From a virus: a stretch of 50,660 nt of DNA. The stretch lies in the IMG/VR virus record IMGVR_UViG_3300026472_000004, one strand, 5' to 3'. The first letter of the stretch is position 1; each line of letters begins with the position of its first letter. The notes under the pieces were generated by a model. It had not been told where the DNA came from. It saw only the letters and a program-made list of their open reading frames with translations, and made no database searches. This document shows positions 25,825-35,315 of the stretch, piece after piece. The translations under genes were made by a program, and so were the position numbers.

Positions 25825-25874
25825 TTGTCCGCAATGCGCCCTTAGGCGCTTTTTTTACGCCTAAAGGAAAAGCC

Positions 25875-28800
25875 ATGGCTGAACAACGCAGCACTCTCAT
25901 TATTGAAATTAGCTCAGAACAAGCTGCACGTAATGCACGTGCTTTAGATCGAGAGCTACAAAGTATCGAACGCACTGGTAATTACGCCACTACTTCAATG
26001 AACTCTATGTCAGTGGCAGCACGTCAGTTGGCAGGGTATTTGGCAGGGGTTGTGACTGTTGGTACTGCGATCGCTAAGATGGATGATTGGACTAATCTTA
26101 ACAACCGATTACGCCTAGTAACTACCAGTCAGAAAGCCTTAAATGTGGCAATGCAAGATACATTTGATATTGCTCAACGATCTGGTGCGGCTTGGGGTGG
26201 TACTGCAACCATCTATCAAAAGATTCAATACAACAGCGAAAAATTGGGTTTAAGCCAAGTGAAAGTTGCCAAAATCACAGAGTCTATTTCCAAATCAATT
26301 AGTAACTCAGGTTCAAGTGCTCAAGCAGCCAGTGCCGCTTTATACCAATTAGGCCAGTCTTTCGATAAATCATCTCTAAATGGTGATGAGTTTGTTTCGA
26401 TGAGTGAAAACGCTGGCTACTTAATGGAAGTGTTTGCAAAAGGCTTAGGGGTAACTCGTGCTGAATTGAAAGAAATGTCATCTCAAGGATTATTGACTAC
26501 AGACAAGATGGTTCAAGCAATTGAAAAAATGTCAGGTTCAATTGAAGAAGATTTTGGAAAAACTAATTTCACTATCGGACAATCTTTCACTCAGTTGTCT
26601 AATGCTGTGACTAAGTTTGTTGGAGAATCAGGGCAAGCTACAGGTGCTGCGTCTACTATTTCTGGTTCACTTAGCTTGCTTGCAGAAAACTTAAATACAG
26701 TAACGAACATTGCCATGATCGGTGGTGCTTATTGGCTTGGAACTTATATTCCAGCACTTTATACAAGCACAATGGCGGGTTATGGAAAAATTAAGCAACT
26801 TACTGAACAGACAGCTATTCAGTATGCAGCTATCCAAGCAGAGCGGATAGCAGCTGCTCAAGAACTCACATCAGCAGAGGCTCGTGTTGTTTCAACACAG
26901 GCAACTTTGGCGGCAATTGCAGCTGAAAAAGCCTTAGAGGTTCAAAGATTAAAGGAGCAAATCAATAGTATTGGTCGGACTGCATCAATAACACGAATGG
27001 CTCAACTTAGAAGAGTTGAAACACAAGTAACTGCAGAATTAACACTTGCTCAAAACGCTTTGGCTACATCTCAAAGCCGTGTTAATGCCGCTCAAAACAT
27101 GTCAATGGGGGTTGGTCGTGGATTGTTAGGAATTCTTGGTGGACCAGTAGGATTAGGTTTAACTGTTGCAGCTGTTGCTGGTTCATATCTAATGCTTAAA
27201 GATAGTACCAAAGATACAACTACCACACTTGATTTACAAAAGAGCACTGTAAGTGAGTTGGTTGAAGAATATTCAAAGTTAGATGAGCTTCAAAAACGTA
27301 CAACATTGCGAGAGCTCGAAAAGCAAGTTAAAAGCTTGGCCACTAGTTATACAGTTGCTTATTCAGATTTGAGTGCAATGATTGGATGGCTTGAAGAGTC
27401 TGGCTCAGTGTCTGAATCTACAGCAAGAGAAATCAATAAGCTGTTCAAAGAATATAATAAGGGCAAAATAAGTTCGTCTGAATTTGCAACAGCAGTGAAC
27501 AATCTATCGGGAGTGCAGAAAAAGCATAAAGTTGAAATCGATGAGTTGACTACAGCCCATGCAAAAGCTAATGCAGAATATAAAAAGGTTAAAACTGCTC
27601 AACAAGCATTAACCAATCAAACTTCATCTGCTATAAAGGCAAATAAAGACGAAACAGACTCCATCCTTCTTAAGAAGAAAGCTCTTGAAGAGTCAAAAAA
27701 GGCCTATGACAGTTATAAGTCAGGAGCTTTTGATGATATTAAAGAAATGGCAGCAAGGGCTAAATTGCAAAGTATGGGGCAGTCAGATGCCTTAATTGAG
27801 CAAAACTTGAAGGTTTTAAAAGCATTAAATTTTGATCCACTTAAAACTAAGACTCCTTACGCACAGGAAATGTTTAAGGTTGCTGATATTTCGGCAAAAA
27901 TGAAGGAAAAAGAGGATTCAATTACCCAAGCGAAAAAAGATCAAACTAAGGAGCTTGAGAAGCAACTTAAAGTCTTACAGGTCAACGAAAAAGTTAAGGC
28001 TAATGCTGCTAAATATAACTTCGGAGGATTGGAAACCCAATATGGGCTTTTGCCAGGTTTACTGTCAGGTATCAATATGCAAGAGTCACGTGGTAAAGCG
28101 GATGCAGTTGGCCCTATGACGAAGTATGGTACAGCAAAGGGTGGATTTCAATTTCTTGATGATACAGCTAAGCGTTTCAAATTGACCGGAGGCGATGTAT
28201 TTGATTTAGGTAAATCCGCAGAAGCAGCCGCAAAATATCTGCAAATTCTCTACAAAAAATTCGGCTCTTGGGATAAGGCTATTTCTGCTTACCATGCTGG
28301 CGAAGGCAATGTAGATAAAGGCACAAATATTGGACCAGTAAATCGTCAATATGTTCAAAATGTAAAAGGCTATATTGCCGGAACAAATGGTTTTGAAGGC
28401 TCAACTAAAGACTTTGATACTTCTATCAATGATTTGGTTAAGTTTTTGCAAGTTAAGCAAGATATTGAACTGCAATATTCAAGTGGTGAGCTTCAACGCA
28501 AAACAGAACATGAGAAGAAATTAGCAGATATTCAATCTCATTTTTCAGGTGATACATACACAAAACTTGAGCGTCAAGAGAATGAACGCTTTGCTAATGA
28601 AAATCGACTTGCTGAACTTCAATTTGATTCAAATGTGAAGGGTTGGAATTGGACAAATGAGCAACGAATTCAAAATGAAATCGAAACTCAAAAAGTAACT
28701 ATTTCTTTAAACAAAGAATATTCTGATATTCAAAAACAGATTGCTAAAGAAAAGGTTGATGAAAAATTTGCGCATGAAATTGAAAAGTCTAAACTTGCTA

Positions 28801-29996
28801 AAGATCAGCGTTTACTTCAATCAACTGAGTTTTACATGTCAGAAATTCAACTGGCTAAGGCTAGATATGACATAGAAAAAAGGCTTATTGCTCAGAATAA
28901 TGAAGATTCTGCTGAAAATGCATTTAAAACACAAATGCTTGAACTTCAAAATCAAGTTGATATGAATCGACGCCTAAAAGATGCATCTATTGGGTGGGAT
29001 TCTGTTCAATCTCAAATGAATGGATCTACTGGGCGTTTTCAAGTTAAACAAGATAAATTCAGCAGAATGGGAGCATCACAAAATCTATTTGATACTCAGA
29101 TAGCAGATGTTGAAAACCAAGAGCAAGAACCTGGTGCGGATTTACAAAAATTAGCTGAGGTTCGTGAACAAATTTGGGCTGCGCATAATAAACGTATGAT
29201 TGATATTGAAAATCAGTATCAAACGGATTCATTGAATTTACAATTAACACAAGCTCAGCAATTGATCGGTTCATTTGCAAATATGTTTAAAGGTATTCTT
29301 GGTGAAAGCTCAGGTGCATATAAAACAATGTTTGCAATGCAGCAGGGGTTTGCGCTTACTCAAGCGGGTATGAATTTATGGTCATCTGTTTCTGATGCTT
29401 ATGCTAAAGAGCCAGGTACTGTATGGCAGAAAGTTGCCGCAGGTGCTAAGGCGGCTTTGGATCAAGGAACATTCTTAGCAATGATCCAAGCAATTACCCC
29501 TCAAGGTTTTGCAACTGGTGGCCCTATTACAGGCAAAGGCACTGGAACAAGTGATGATATTCCAATTATGGCATCCAATGGCGAGTTTATGATGCGTCAG
29601 TATGCTGCATCTAAAATTGGTCTAGTTGCTTTAAATTACATGAATCAGACGGGTGAGATGCCATTTCAGGGTGAATATCTTGGCATGAAATCTCATTACT
29701 TAGGTTCTACTCAACCAGATTTAAATGTTCAAAAATTTAAAGATGGAGGGCTAGTGGGAGTTTCTCGAATGAGTGGTGACGATGCTGATAGAAGACGATT
29801 CAATTCTATTCCAAAGAACTCATCTCAGGGTGAAGGCAGTGGAGATATTAAAATTGAAGTCAACATCACTGACTCAGGCATTAATACTTCAGGTAGTAAT
29901 ACACAGGATCAGCGACAGTTTGCTCAGGTTGTTGGTAATGCTGTACGAGCTGTGATTATTCAAGAGAAGCGTCAAGGCGGTTTGTTGTCAAAATAA
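25875..29996 (+). CDS. Tape measure protein with embedded lytic transglycosylase (SLT) domain
   Basis: 1373 aa, coiled-coil-rich. SLT motifs NMQESRG...GGFQF...AYHAG lie at about 28040-28320. Confidence 0.9.
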   Translation: MAEQRSTLIIEISSEQAARNARALDRELQSIERTGNYATTSMNSMSVAARQLAGYLAGVVTVGTAIAKMDDWTNLNNRLRLVTTSQKALNVAMQDTFDIAQRSGAAWGGTATIYQKIQYNSEKLGLSQVKVAKITESISKSISNSGSSAQAASAALYQLGQSFDKSSLNGDEFVSMSENAGYLMEVFAKGLGVTRAELKEMSSQGLLTTDKMVQAIEKMSGSIEEDFGKTNFTIGQSFTQLSNAVTKFVGESGQATGAASTISGSLSLLAENLNTVTNIAMIGGAYWLGTYIPALYTSTMAGYGKIKQLTEQTAIQYAAIQAERIAAAQELTSAEARVVSTQATLAAIAAEKALEVQRLKEQINSIGRTASITRMAQLRRVETQVTAELTLAQNALATSQSRVNAAQNMSMGVGRGLLGILGGPVGLGLTVAAVAGSYLMLKDSTKDTTTTLDLQKSTVSELVEEYSKLDELQKRTTLRELEKQVKSLATSYTVAYSDLSAMIGWLEESGSVSESTAREINKLFKEYNKGKISSSEFATAVNNLSGVQKKHKVEIDELTTAHAKANAEYKKVKTAQQALTNQTSSAIKANKDETDSILLKKKALEESKKAYDSYKSGAFDDIKEMAARAKLQSMGQSDALIEQNLKVLKALNFDPLKTKTPYAQEMFKVADISAKMKEKEDSITQAKKDQTKELEKQLKVLQVNEKVKANAAKYNFGGLETQYGLLPGLLSGINMQESRGKADAVGPMTKYGTAKGGFQFLDDTAKRFKLTGGDVFDLGKSAEAAAKYLQILYKKFGSWDKAISAYHAGEGNVDKGTNIGPVNRQYVQNVKGYIAGTNGFEGSTKDFDTSINDLVKFLQVKQDIELQYSSGELQRKTEHEKKLADIQSHFSGDTYTKLERQENERFANENRLAELQFDSNVKGWNWTNEQRIQNEIETQKVTISLNKEYSDIQKQIAKEKVDEKFAHEIEKSKLAKDQRLLQSTEFYMSEIQLAKARYDIEKRLIAQNNEDSAENAFKTQMLELQNQVDMNRRLKDASIGWDSVQSQMNGSTGRFQVKQDKFSRMGASQNLFDTQIADVENQEQEPGADLQKLAEVREQIWAAHNKRMIDIENQYQTDSLNLQLTQAQQLIGSFANMFKGILGESSGAYKTMFAMQQGFALTQAGMNLWSSVSDAYAKEPGTVWQKVAAGAKAALDQGTFLAMIQAITPQGFATGGPITGKGTGTSDDIPIMASNGEFMMRQYAASKIGLVALNYMNQTGEMPFQGEYLGMKSHYLGSTQPDLNVQKFKDGGLVGVSRMSGDDADRRRFNSIPKNSSQGEGSGDIKIEVNITDSGINTSGSNTQDQRQFAQVVGNAVRAVIIQEKRQGGLLSK

Positions 29997-29997
29997 G

Positions 29998-30021
29998 AAA
30001 AGCCACTTCGGTGGCTTTTTT
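29998..30021 (+). terminator. Rho-independent terminator
   Basis: AGCCAC-TTCG-GTGGCT followed by T6. Confidence 0.75.
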
Positions 30022-30066
30022 CTGTTTTAATTGATATTTTATGAGCACTTTGAGGAGTGCTTTAGA

Positions 30067-31464
30067 ATGAAAAAATTATTATTGATATGCTTTTTTTTGA
30101 CGGTATCAGGTCTATCTTTTGCTGGGAAACAAATTGATCTTGCTAACTTTCAAAAAACAATAACTAAAAATCCAAAAATTAATATTAATTGCCAAATAAA
30201 TAATTTTTCCCTTATGAGTACAGATCGAGATTTTAGCTCAAAACTACAATCAACATTAAACACGTTTGGTTCAATGCGAATAAAAGATTTCGATAAGGGC
30301 GATTGCGTTCAATTATCTAATTTTCAGGATAATATATTTACTACTTATATTTGGCAGAATCAAAATAGTATATTTGATACTAAGGTTGACTTATTTATAG
30401 CTTACAACCTAAAAAGTAAGGATTTACTAGGTGTAATTATTGATCAAAATAAAAATGCTTATGTATTGGGAGACAATAAGGGTGAGCTGAAACAAGCAAT
30501 AAAATCCAATCCAATATATAAGAATAACCTATATGGCGTTAATTTAGACTCATCACTGAACTTTTCGAATTTCTCTCAGATTAATAGTGAAGATAGACTA
30601 AAAAGAATGTCAAGCACTGAATCATTTGTTTATAATGTACAAAATGCTGCAATAGATGATAAAGAATGCAATATAGATAATTTTAAATTACTAGAGACAG
30701 ATAGTAAATTTAAAGCAAAATTGTCAATGCACTTAAGCGAATTTGGAGGATTAAGGATAGATGATTTTGATATGGGAGAGTGTTTAAATTCCAAATCTGT
30801 CACAAATGGTTTATTAATTACAAAGTTTTGGCAAAAAAATAAAGATTTTTATAATAACAATTTATCCTTATATGTCGCCTATAATGTATACGAAAATTTA
30901 GCCTTATTGGTCATTGTTGATGATGATGAAAAATCATATTTATTAGGTGATAATACTCAAACTTTAAAAAATAGTTTATCTAATAATGAAAACTTAAAAG
31001 ATGACTATAAATTATCTTATGATTATTCAAAATTAAATTTTAATGATTTTAAGGAAAAAATAGATTCTCAAAAGATCATGGATAAAGAGGTTGAGAAGAT
31101 ACTCAATCCTGATTGGGTTTATAGTTGTAAAAAAGATAGATTTACCAATGATAAAAGTTGCTATCTATTTAAGAAAGATTTGTCATTGATTTACTTGAAT
31201 GGTGTGTTTGGCGTGGTAGTGGGAGGGAACCACTTTCCAAGTTCTACTGGTAGCTTGAAAATTGATAAAAATGCAACTTTAAACGCAAAAGAAGGTAAAT
31301 TCTTTTCTAATACATTAAGTATTATTAATCAATTAAAGAATGGAAAAGTTGCTTACACTAGATATAAAAAATGGCCTTATGAATACAATGTTGATAATGA
31401 AGTGGAACTCGAAGGCTTTAAGAAAAGCTTTGATGAAATGATAGCTGCTTACAAGAAACTTTAA
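30067..31464 (+). CDS. Secreted protein with a tandemly duplicated domain of about 100 aa (moron)
   Basis: Signal peptide MKKLLLICFFLTVSGLSFA/GK. Two homologous segments (CQINNFSLMSTDRDF... and CNIDNFKLLETDSKF...). AT-rich and flanked by terminators. Confidence 0.7.
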   Translation: MKKLLLICFFLTVSGLSFAGKQIDLANFQKTITKNPKININCQINNFSLMSTDRDFSSKLQSTLNTFGSMRIKDFDKGDCVQLSNFQDNIFTTYIWQNQNSIFDTKVDLFIAYNLKSKDLLGVIIDQNKNAYVLGDNKGELKQAIKSNPIYKNNLYGVNLDSSLNFSNFSQINSEDRLKRMSSTESFVYNVQNAAIDDKECNIDNFKLLETDSKFKAKLSMHLSEFGGLRIDDFDMGECLNSKSVTNGLLITKFWQKNKDFYNNNLSLYVAYNVYENLALLVIVDDDEKSYLLGDNTQTLKNSLSNNENLKDDYKLSYDYSKLNFNDFKEKIDSQKIMDKEVEKILNPDWVYSCKKDRFTNDKSCYLFKKDLSLIYLNGVFGVVVGGNHFPSSTGSLKIDKNATLNAKEGKFFSNTLSIINQLKNGKVAYTRYKKWPYEYNVDNEVELEGFKKSFDEMIAAYKKL

Positions 31465-31478
31465 GAACCTAGAAATTA

Positions 31479-31504
31479 AAAAACCCACCTAAGTGGGTTT
31501 TTTA
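31479..31504 (+). terminator. Rho-independent terminator
   Basis: AAACCCAC-CTAA-GTGGGTTT followed by T's. Confidence 0.75.
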
Positions 31505-31517
31505 TTGGACGCAATTT

Positions 31518-31862
31518 ATGAGCAATGAAAAATTTAAATTTCCGTGTGATCTGGATGGAAACTCAGGCAAACAAAACTTCAATATTTTGACTTCAAAATT
31601 TGGAGATGGCTACGAACAGAATATCTCTGTAGGCATCAACAACAGAAAAGGTGAGTGGCCTTATAAATTTACATCCAGTAAGGAAGATATTCTTCAAATC
31701 AAAGCTTTTTTTGATCGACATAAAGGCTCTGATTCATTTCTATGGAATTCTCCTTTGGATGGCGAGGTGAGAGTTAAAACAGACACAAGCTATTCACCTA
31801 TTCAAGTAGGTGGAATGATCTGGACTATCTCCACCACTTTTACCCAAGTTTTTTACCCTTAA
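31518..31862 (+). CDS. Minor tail protein (lambda gpM-like)
   Basis: FGDGYEQ...W...F..H.G...F.W.SP pattern of the Phage_min_tail family. Confidence 0.75.
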   Translation: MSNEKFKFPCDLDGNSGKQNFNILTSKFGDGYEQNISVGINNRKGEWPYKFTSSKEDILQIKAFFDRHKGSDSFLWNSPLDGEVRVKTDTSYSPIQVGGMIWTISTTFTQVFYP

Positions 31863-31878
31863 ATCTAATCAACTTCAC

Positions 31879-31900
31879 GCCCCACTCGCTGGGGCTTTTT
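31879..31900 (+). terminator. Rho-independent terminator
   Basis: GCCCCA-CTCGC-TGGGGC followed by T5. Confidence 0.65.
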
Positions 31901-31912
31901 AGTGAGAAAAAT

Positions 31913-32794
31913 ATGGCTATTCAAACTATTAATTTAGGAACAGCACCAAGTGGTGCAGGTGGTGACACTTTTCGCTCTACTGGTACAAAAGTAAATGAAA
32001 ACTTCACCAATAACACGCACGCTGCGAGTCGATTAGTTGGAACTGCAGCTGGTAACTTAATGGAGGTCGGGGCGTTTGGATTAGGTGGTGGGCAAGGGTT
32101 ATATGGAGGGAATAATCTAAATGATACAAAATTTCATTTAAATGCCTGTTGGTTCACAACTACAGCAGAAACAAATGGTTGGGCAAATGGAATTTTTCAG
32201 ACATGGAGAGGAAATTCAACAAGATATGCTCAACTAGGATTTACTGACAGTAATGGAATTAATTTTCGAAGTGGATTAAATATAGCTTCAGCAGGTGCTT
32301 GGATTAGTTTAAGAACAACAGCTAATACGACAGTAGATAGCAACGGATTCATCAAATCAGCTTCACCAGTTGTTCAATTGTTTGCAGAAAAAATACAACC
32401 CAATGATGAAGCGTTAGAGCAAGAACCTATATTTGAAAAAGTGGATGTTGGCCATTACCTTTTAAAAAATACAGAAGGCTTTTCTGATGATGGTTGGTAT
32501 ATCGAAATGCCAAAAGATGCCAACGGTAATGTATTGGTAGCCGTGCAGTATCAACAACTTGAAGATAACACCATTGAAGTTAAAACATTTGTCAAAAAGT
32601 TTGATGAAGAAACTGGTGATATTCTTCCAAATCCTGATAAACCTCGTGATATTCCGAATGGTCGTTGGATTGACATTCGTTTAAAAGAACTACCTAAACC
32701 TGAAATTGAAATCTCAAATACACCAATTGAATTTCAACCAACTAATTTGGCACAAGCTGTAGCGGAGGCATTGAAAGATGACTCTGAACAGTGA
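31913..32794 (+). CDS. Tail fibre-like protein (conserved fibre N-terminus)
   Basis: The N-terminus (INLGTAPSGAGGDTFRSTGTKVNENF) matches the common phage fibre N-terminal motif (LGT.P..GTGD..R.A..K.N.NF). Confidence 0.55.
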   Translation: MAIQTINLGTAPSGAGGDTFRSTGTKVNENFTNNTHAASRLVGTAAGNLMEVGAFGLGGGQGLYGGNNLNDTKFHLNACWFTTTAETNGWANGIFQTWRGNSTRYAQLGFTDSNGINFRSGLNIASAGAWISLRTTANTTVDSNGFIKSASPVVQLFAEKIQPNDEALEQEPIFEKVDVGHYLLKNTEGFSDDGWYIEMPKDANGNVLVAVQYQQLEDNTIEVKTFVKKFDEETGDILPNPDKPRDIPNGRWIDIRLKELPKPEIEISNTPIEFQPTNLAQAVAEALKDDSEQ

Positions 32795-33566
32795 TTTTCA
32801 AAAGCTCTATGTAGATGGGTTAATCACATTATTTGAATTAGACGCCAGTGCTTTAGGTGCTGGCATTTTGCGTTTCCACGGACATATTTCATATGAAGAC
32901 TGGGAAAAGATTTATAGCTCAATCGGTTCAAATGGCTTGATTGGCTCAGATACTGGCTCAATCGGTAAACTATATGATGTTGGTGATAAAAAGGTCTGGC
33001 AACGAAACATCATCTTTGGTGGGCAAACATTTGAACCAATGGCATTGGAAGTCAGTGGTTTAGAAATGCGAAGTGATGGTAAAGCCTCGGCCCCGACTCT
33101 CAGCATGGCAAATAACATCAAAGGTATCCAAGGTGCTATATCTGCATACTGCTTACAGTTTGGTGATTTTGTTGGCGTAAAAATCAAAGTCATTACTACA
33201 TTAGCCAAGTATCTTGATGCTGAAAATTTTAGTACAGGAAATACCAGTGCCAATCCAAGTGAGAAGCGCGAGCAGATTTGGTTTATTGAACAAAAAACTT
33301 CTGAAAATGCTCAGCAAGTAACTTTTGAACTTTCTAATCCAGTGGATTTTGAAGGACTAAAAATTCCTACACGGCAAATCTCAAACTACTGCAATTGGGA
33401 ATATCGAAGTGAAGAGTGTGGATATATTGGATCTGCAATGTTTACTGAAAAAGATGAATCGACAGACAATCCAGCTTTAGATCGATGTAACTATCGAACA
33501 TCAGGCTGTCGTTGCCGAGAGAATGAGCTTCATTTTGGTGGATTCCCTGCATCTTCAATGGTGTAA
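32778..33566 (+). CDS. Minor tail protein (lambda gpL-like)
   Basis: C-terminal Cys cluster (CNWEYRSEECGY ... CNYRTSGCRCR) as in gpL. Confidence 0.8.
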   Translation: MTLNSDFQKLYVDGLITLFELDASALGAGILRFHGHISYEDWEKIYSSIGSNGLIGSDTGSIGKLYDVGDKKVWQRNIIFGGQTFEPMALEVSGLEMRSDGKASAPTLSMANNIKGIQGAISAYCLQFGDFVGVKIKVITTLAKYLDAENFSTGNTSANPSEKREQIWFIEQKTSENAQQVTFELSNPVDFEGLKIPTRQISNYCNWEYRSEECGYIGSAMFTEKDESTDNPALDRCNYRTSGCRCRENELHFGGFPASSMV

Positions 33567-33569
33567 AAA

Positions 33570-34328
33570 ATGAAATTAAATAAAAAACTTAAAGCTGCGA
33601 TTTTATCTCATGCTGAACAATGTTTCCCCGCAGAATGTTGCGGGGTTATTGTTTCTGGAGTGTATATTCCATGCCGTAATGTCGCTGAAAAAGGTCAGTT
33701 TCAAATTCATCATGAAGACTTTGCGAATGCCGAAGATCAAGGTGAGATTCAAGCCTATGTACATTCACATCCAAATGCTACAGCACGTGCTTCTGATTTA
33801 GATTTATTACAAATTGAACTTCATGAAAAGCCATGGGTGATTTGTGCATATCCTGAAGTTGATTTTCAAGTCTATGAACCTTTTGGCTATAAAGCACCAC
33901 TCATTGGGCGTGACTATCATCATGGGTACCAAGACTGCTATTCAATTATTCGTGATTTTTATAATCGTGAACTTGGTATTCAGTTGATGGATTTTGAGCG
34001 TTTAGATAATTGGTGGAGTGATAAAGATCATAAATCGCTTTATCTAGAAAACCTAGACGCAGCTGGATTTTATGAGGTCAGTGAACCTCAGTATGGTGAC
34101 ATGTTGGTGTGTAATGTTGGGCGTACTGAACACCCGAACCATGCTGTGATCTGGTTGGGTGATCAGTGGCAATTAAAGTCAGAAGAAAGCACAAGTTGTT
34201 TTGGTTGTCCTTTAATCCTACATCATCCTTATGGTCGAAAGTCAGTGCGTGAAATCTTTGGGCAACAATGGCAAGAGCGTGTTGTCAAAATTGTGAGGCA
34301 TAAGAAGGTAGATAATTATGAACTTTAA
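33570..34328 (+). CDS. Tail assembly protein (lambda gpK-like; JAB/MPN + NlpC/P60)
   Basis: ECCG...HSHPN...S..D JAMM motif, and a C-terminal NlpC/P60-like Cys/His region. Confidence 0.8.
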   Translation: MKLNKKLKAAILSHAEQCFPAECCGVIVSGVYIPCRNVAEKGQFQIHHEDFANAEDQGEIQAYVHSHPNATARASDLDLLQIELHEKPWVICAYPEVDFQVYEPFGYKAPLIGRDYHHGYQDCYSIIRDFYNRELGIQLMDFERLDNWWSDKDHKSLYLENLDAAGFYEVSEPQYGDMLVCNVGRTEHPNHAVIWLGDQWQLKSEESTSCFGCPLILHHPYGRKSVREIFGQQWQERVVKIVRHKKVDNYEL

Positions 34329-34605
34329 AGAGTTACAGGATAAGATTCAAAAAAAGCAAAAAGAGCTTAACGATTTGCTGAACGATTTAAATGAGCAACT
34401 TTCTTTAGATCAAGGGAATTACAGCGAATTATCTATACCACGAGGCGCAACGCATTACAGAATTCACAACTGTAAAGTGGAATATATTATGAAGTCAAAT
34501 TATGGCGATCATTGGAGCATATGGTGGGATTGTAGAAAAGACTGGATGACTACTCTTTGGAAGCGAGTAGAGGTTGGTAAAGACATAAAACTGTTAGCTA
34601 AATAA
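34318..34605 (+). CDS. Hypothetical 95-aa protein inserted between the K-like and I-like genes
   Basis: ORF overlapping the end of the K-like gene; no motif. Confidence 0.45.
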   Translation: MNFKELQDKIQKKQKELNDLLNDLNEQLSLDQGNYSELSIPRGATHYRIHNCKVEYIMKSNYGDHWSIWWDCRKDWMTTLWKRVEVGKDIKLLAK

Positions 34606-34636
34606 TTAAGTTTTATTACTTGAGGGAAAGCTACTT

Positions 34637-35266
34637 ATGCTTAAAACGATCAAATTATATGGCGTACTGGGAAAGAAGTTTGGTAAGGAATTTAAGCTTG
34701 CTGTTGAAAGCACCCGAGAAGCTGTAAAAGCGCTATCAGTCCAAGTACCTGGCTTTGAACAGTTCATGTTAACCGCTCATGAACAGGGACTTACCTTTGC
34801 TGTTTTCCAAGATGATGAAAATATCTCTGAGGATCAGATTGATTTTGAAACTGGTGCCAAAGTTATCAAGATTGTGCCTAAAGTACTTGGGGCTGGCGGT
34901 GACAGTGGGGTTCTAAATTTAGTTTTAGGTGTTGTGTTGATAGTTGCTGGTTATTTTACTTTTGGAGCAACAACTCCTTATGGTGCAGCATTGATTGGTG
35001 CAGGTATTGGAATGTCCATTGGTGGTATTGCACAAATGCTTACCCCAAAAGTTGATGCACAAGATCAAAACCAAGATGGAAATAAGTCTAACTTTGGATT
35101 TGGTGGAGCAGTCACCACAATCGCCCAAGGCAATCCAGTTCCGATTCTTTATGGTCAGCGCGAAGTCGGTGGATTCATTGTAAATGCTGGTCAATTTGCA
35201 GTAGACACTTTTAGTTCGGCAGATGCTGGTTTCACAGGCGGTGGCAGCAACGGTGGAAAGAAATAA
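34637..35266 (+). CDS. Tail assembly protein (lambda gpI-like)
   Basis: N-terminal ubiquitin-like region, a Gly-rich hydrophobic centre, and position before J. Confidence 0.7.
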   Translation: MLKTIKLYGVLGKKFGKEFKLAVESTREAVKALSVQVPGFEQFMLTAHEQGLTFAVFQDDENISEDQIDFETGAKVIKIVPKVLGAGGDSGVLNLVLGVVLIVAGYFTFGATTPYGAALIGAGIGMSIGGIAQMLTPKVDAQDQNQDGNKSNFGFGGAVTTIAQGNPVPILYGQREVGGFIVNAGQFAVDTFSSADAGFTGGGSNGGKK

Positions 35267-35277
35267 TTTAAGAATAT

Positions 35278-35298
35278 AAGCGCATTAAGCGCTTTTTT
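35278..35298 (+). terminator. Rho-independent terminator
   Basis: AAGCGC-ATTAA-GCGCTT followed by T's. Confidence 0.65.
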
Positions 35299-35315
35299 AT
35301 TGTGTGGGAAAAAGT

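Noticed and set aside
25589-25975. Minus-strand 128-aa ORF spanning the tape measure start and the small-peptide region
   Set aside because: It runs antisense across a plus-strand terminator and the tape measure start codon. The plus-strand 58-aa ORF with an RBS and terminator explains the region better.
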